A DNA stretch of 63,494 nt, counting the filler, from Pelomyxa schiedti (taxonomy: Eukaryota > Protista > Evosea): the NCBI GenBank assembly GCA_020536535.1. It is 12 parts of 12 records of this genome, joined end to end, with 100 filler letters (N's around TTAATTAATTAA, not from the genome) between each part and the next. Parts side by side here need not be neighbours in the genome. Positions count along the whole stretch, not along the records: positions 61,378 to 63,494 come from JAHLWZ010002124.1; 11 more parts are not named here. One strand, written 5' to 3'. The translations under genes and the position numbers were made by a program. Each line of letters opens with the position of its first letter. Position 1 is the first letter of the stretch. Under the pieces are notes generated by a model that saw only the letters and a program-made list of their open reading frames with translations, had not been told where the DNA came from and did not search any database. Below, one piece after another: positions 61,710 through 63,494 of the stretch.

Positions 61710-63273
61710 TCAGGGCAGGCAGCCCACGTAATTGTCCAATGGTTTAGCAGAAGCTGCGCCAGAGAGCCTGCGCCACCGCAGTGCCTCCCTCGCGTCCCTG
61801 GTGCTGGCCCCTTCCCCTCTCTTGTAGCACACGGCCAGGTTGAACTGTGCCACTCTGTCTCCAGCAGTTGCTGCCAAACCGAACAGCTGGAACGCCTCGC
61901 CGAGGCCGCGGTGGGGAACACCGATTCCTCTGGCGAGGCACAGCCCCAGCTTCATTTGTGCTGGGACACTGCCTCTTGCTGCTGCAAGCCGGAAGTAGTG
62001 AACTGCAAGGCTCAGCTGCCGTGCCACGCCTTTCCCGGTGAGATACAGGTGGCCCAGCCTCTCTTGTGAGTGCCATTCCCCTTGGTCAGCCGACAACTTG
62101 AAGAATTTGGCAGCAAGAGTGAGGTTAACAGGAGTGCCAGTTCCATGCACGAATGATTCGGCCAGGTTCTTCTGGGCAAAGGGGTCGCCCTGTGCTGCGG
62201 ACAGCCTGAACAACCGAAATGACTCTGCTGGATTCACCTGTGAATTGAGCAGGGCGAGAGTATGCTGTGCCATGGGTTCGCCCTGTTGCATAGCAAGGAT
62301 CCAAATCCTCGTGGATTCAGCCTCATCCTTTGCCACACCAACTCCATATCTATAGCACATTGCAAGGTAAGTGCAGGCTTCTGAACTCTCTTTTTCATAG
62401 CCTTGTGTTAACCACTGAACTGCTTTGGGCTCATTTTTATCAACACCATGTCCACGTAGGTACATCAGACCAAGGAGGGTCTGTGCGTAAGAGCTGCCAC
62501 CCTCAGCAGCGCCCAGATAGTACTTTGCAGCCTTCTCCATGTCTTGCTCTACACCATTTCCCCAATTGTAACACATCCCAACTATCTCAAGTGCCAGAGG
62601 GAATACAAAAGGATCACATTCCAAGGCTCTCTGCACTGCCCCTCTCTCGTCTTTAGGCACCCCAACTCCATACAACAGGCAACAAGCCTTCACAGTCATT
62701 CCAATACACCACAGTGCCCTCTCCTCCTCCCATTTCCTGAAGTCCATCGCACAGCCTGCAGGCGGTGGCCTGTTGACACACGCAGCATCAAGCGCCATGT
62801 GCATGAACCTCAGTGAATCCTCCCTGCACCGCATAGCAGCTTCCCGCAGACCCTGCACAGGTAGAACAGTGCTCCTTGAACAGCGATGGCTTCTCACTAT
62901 ACACATACGCCAGCACCATGCAGCACAGTGCTCCCCACGGCACACACCGGCACCAATTCTCTGACCCCTGTGCGCGTGGCCTGCCTTCGCCATCGTGATC
63001 AACAGCACTATCAACACCGCCGCTACTACCCTCATCATCATCAGTGTAGGTACACCTTGGGTCCAGAGTGGATTCCAGCAGCGGGTTCAAGTCGAAATCG
63101 AAGCGGCATTTCAGCGACGGTGACGTCGACGAAAATGACGGCGGATGGGGATTCAGCAACTCGATGCATGAATGCAAAGCATCAGAGTACTCGCCAAGGC
63201 CCAGTTGTTGCAGCAGTCTGAGGGCTATCATCACATCATTATCGGATGAAAAACTGGGCGTCGCACTCGCCAT
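61710..63273 (-). CDS. Sel1-like repeat protein
   Basis: About 8 SLRs (e.g. AQTLLGLMYLRGHGVDKNEPKAVQW, AQFNLAVCYKRGEG). First exon starts at 63273, joined by an intron near 62897-62965. Confidence 0.88.
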
Positions 63274-63494
63274 CAGTCACAGTGTTGTGGAAAATCAAGG
63301 GTTATTGATTTTCGGTTTTTTTGGAAGGGCTGTTTCGGATAAAATTTTCGTTGATTCAACATGCAAGCTATATTTTGGCTTGGACGAATGTGGTGTAGAG
63401 TAGTTGGAATACTTCCCATAGGATAGATGGGTAGCCATTGGTGTAGGACCCATCAGCCCCGTTACTACTGATGACAATCCCATACTGCTGTTCT

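Overview
This window is not one locus. It is 12 contigs or scaffolds joined by artificial 100-nt linkers (44 N + TTAATTAATTAA + 44 N). The DNA is from a compact eukaryotic genome with many short (~40-100 nt) GT-AG introns and a standard genetic code. Gene content and style suggest an amoebozoan, possibly an archamoeba such as Pelomyxa (inference only). Contents: an MFS transporter; a tandem array of MORN/ubiquitin-like/TKL kinase genes interrupted by a 2-kb foldback element; a 25-kb contig that is one giant palindrome (IPK, VPS35L, a helical-repeat protein and an ART-NHL gene, each present twice); four members of a lineage-specific 'ARxQxxAL' family, three sharing an upstream motif; a glycosyltransferase-like gene; an HSPA12-like gene; a Sel1-repeat gene; and a decayed L1-like retrotransposon. 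The best candidate for an undescribed system is a head-to-head gene pair at 38.3-42.7 kb. Both genes fuse a degenerate GTPase to an F-box. One is small-GTPase-like + F-box + Vint-type Hint (self-cleaving) domain. The other is an eEF1A-derived GTPase with the catalytic His replaced by Cys, plus a C-terminal F-box. All gene models were spliced by eye and need RNA-seq confirmation.
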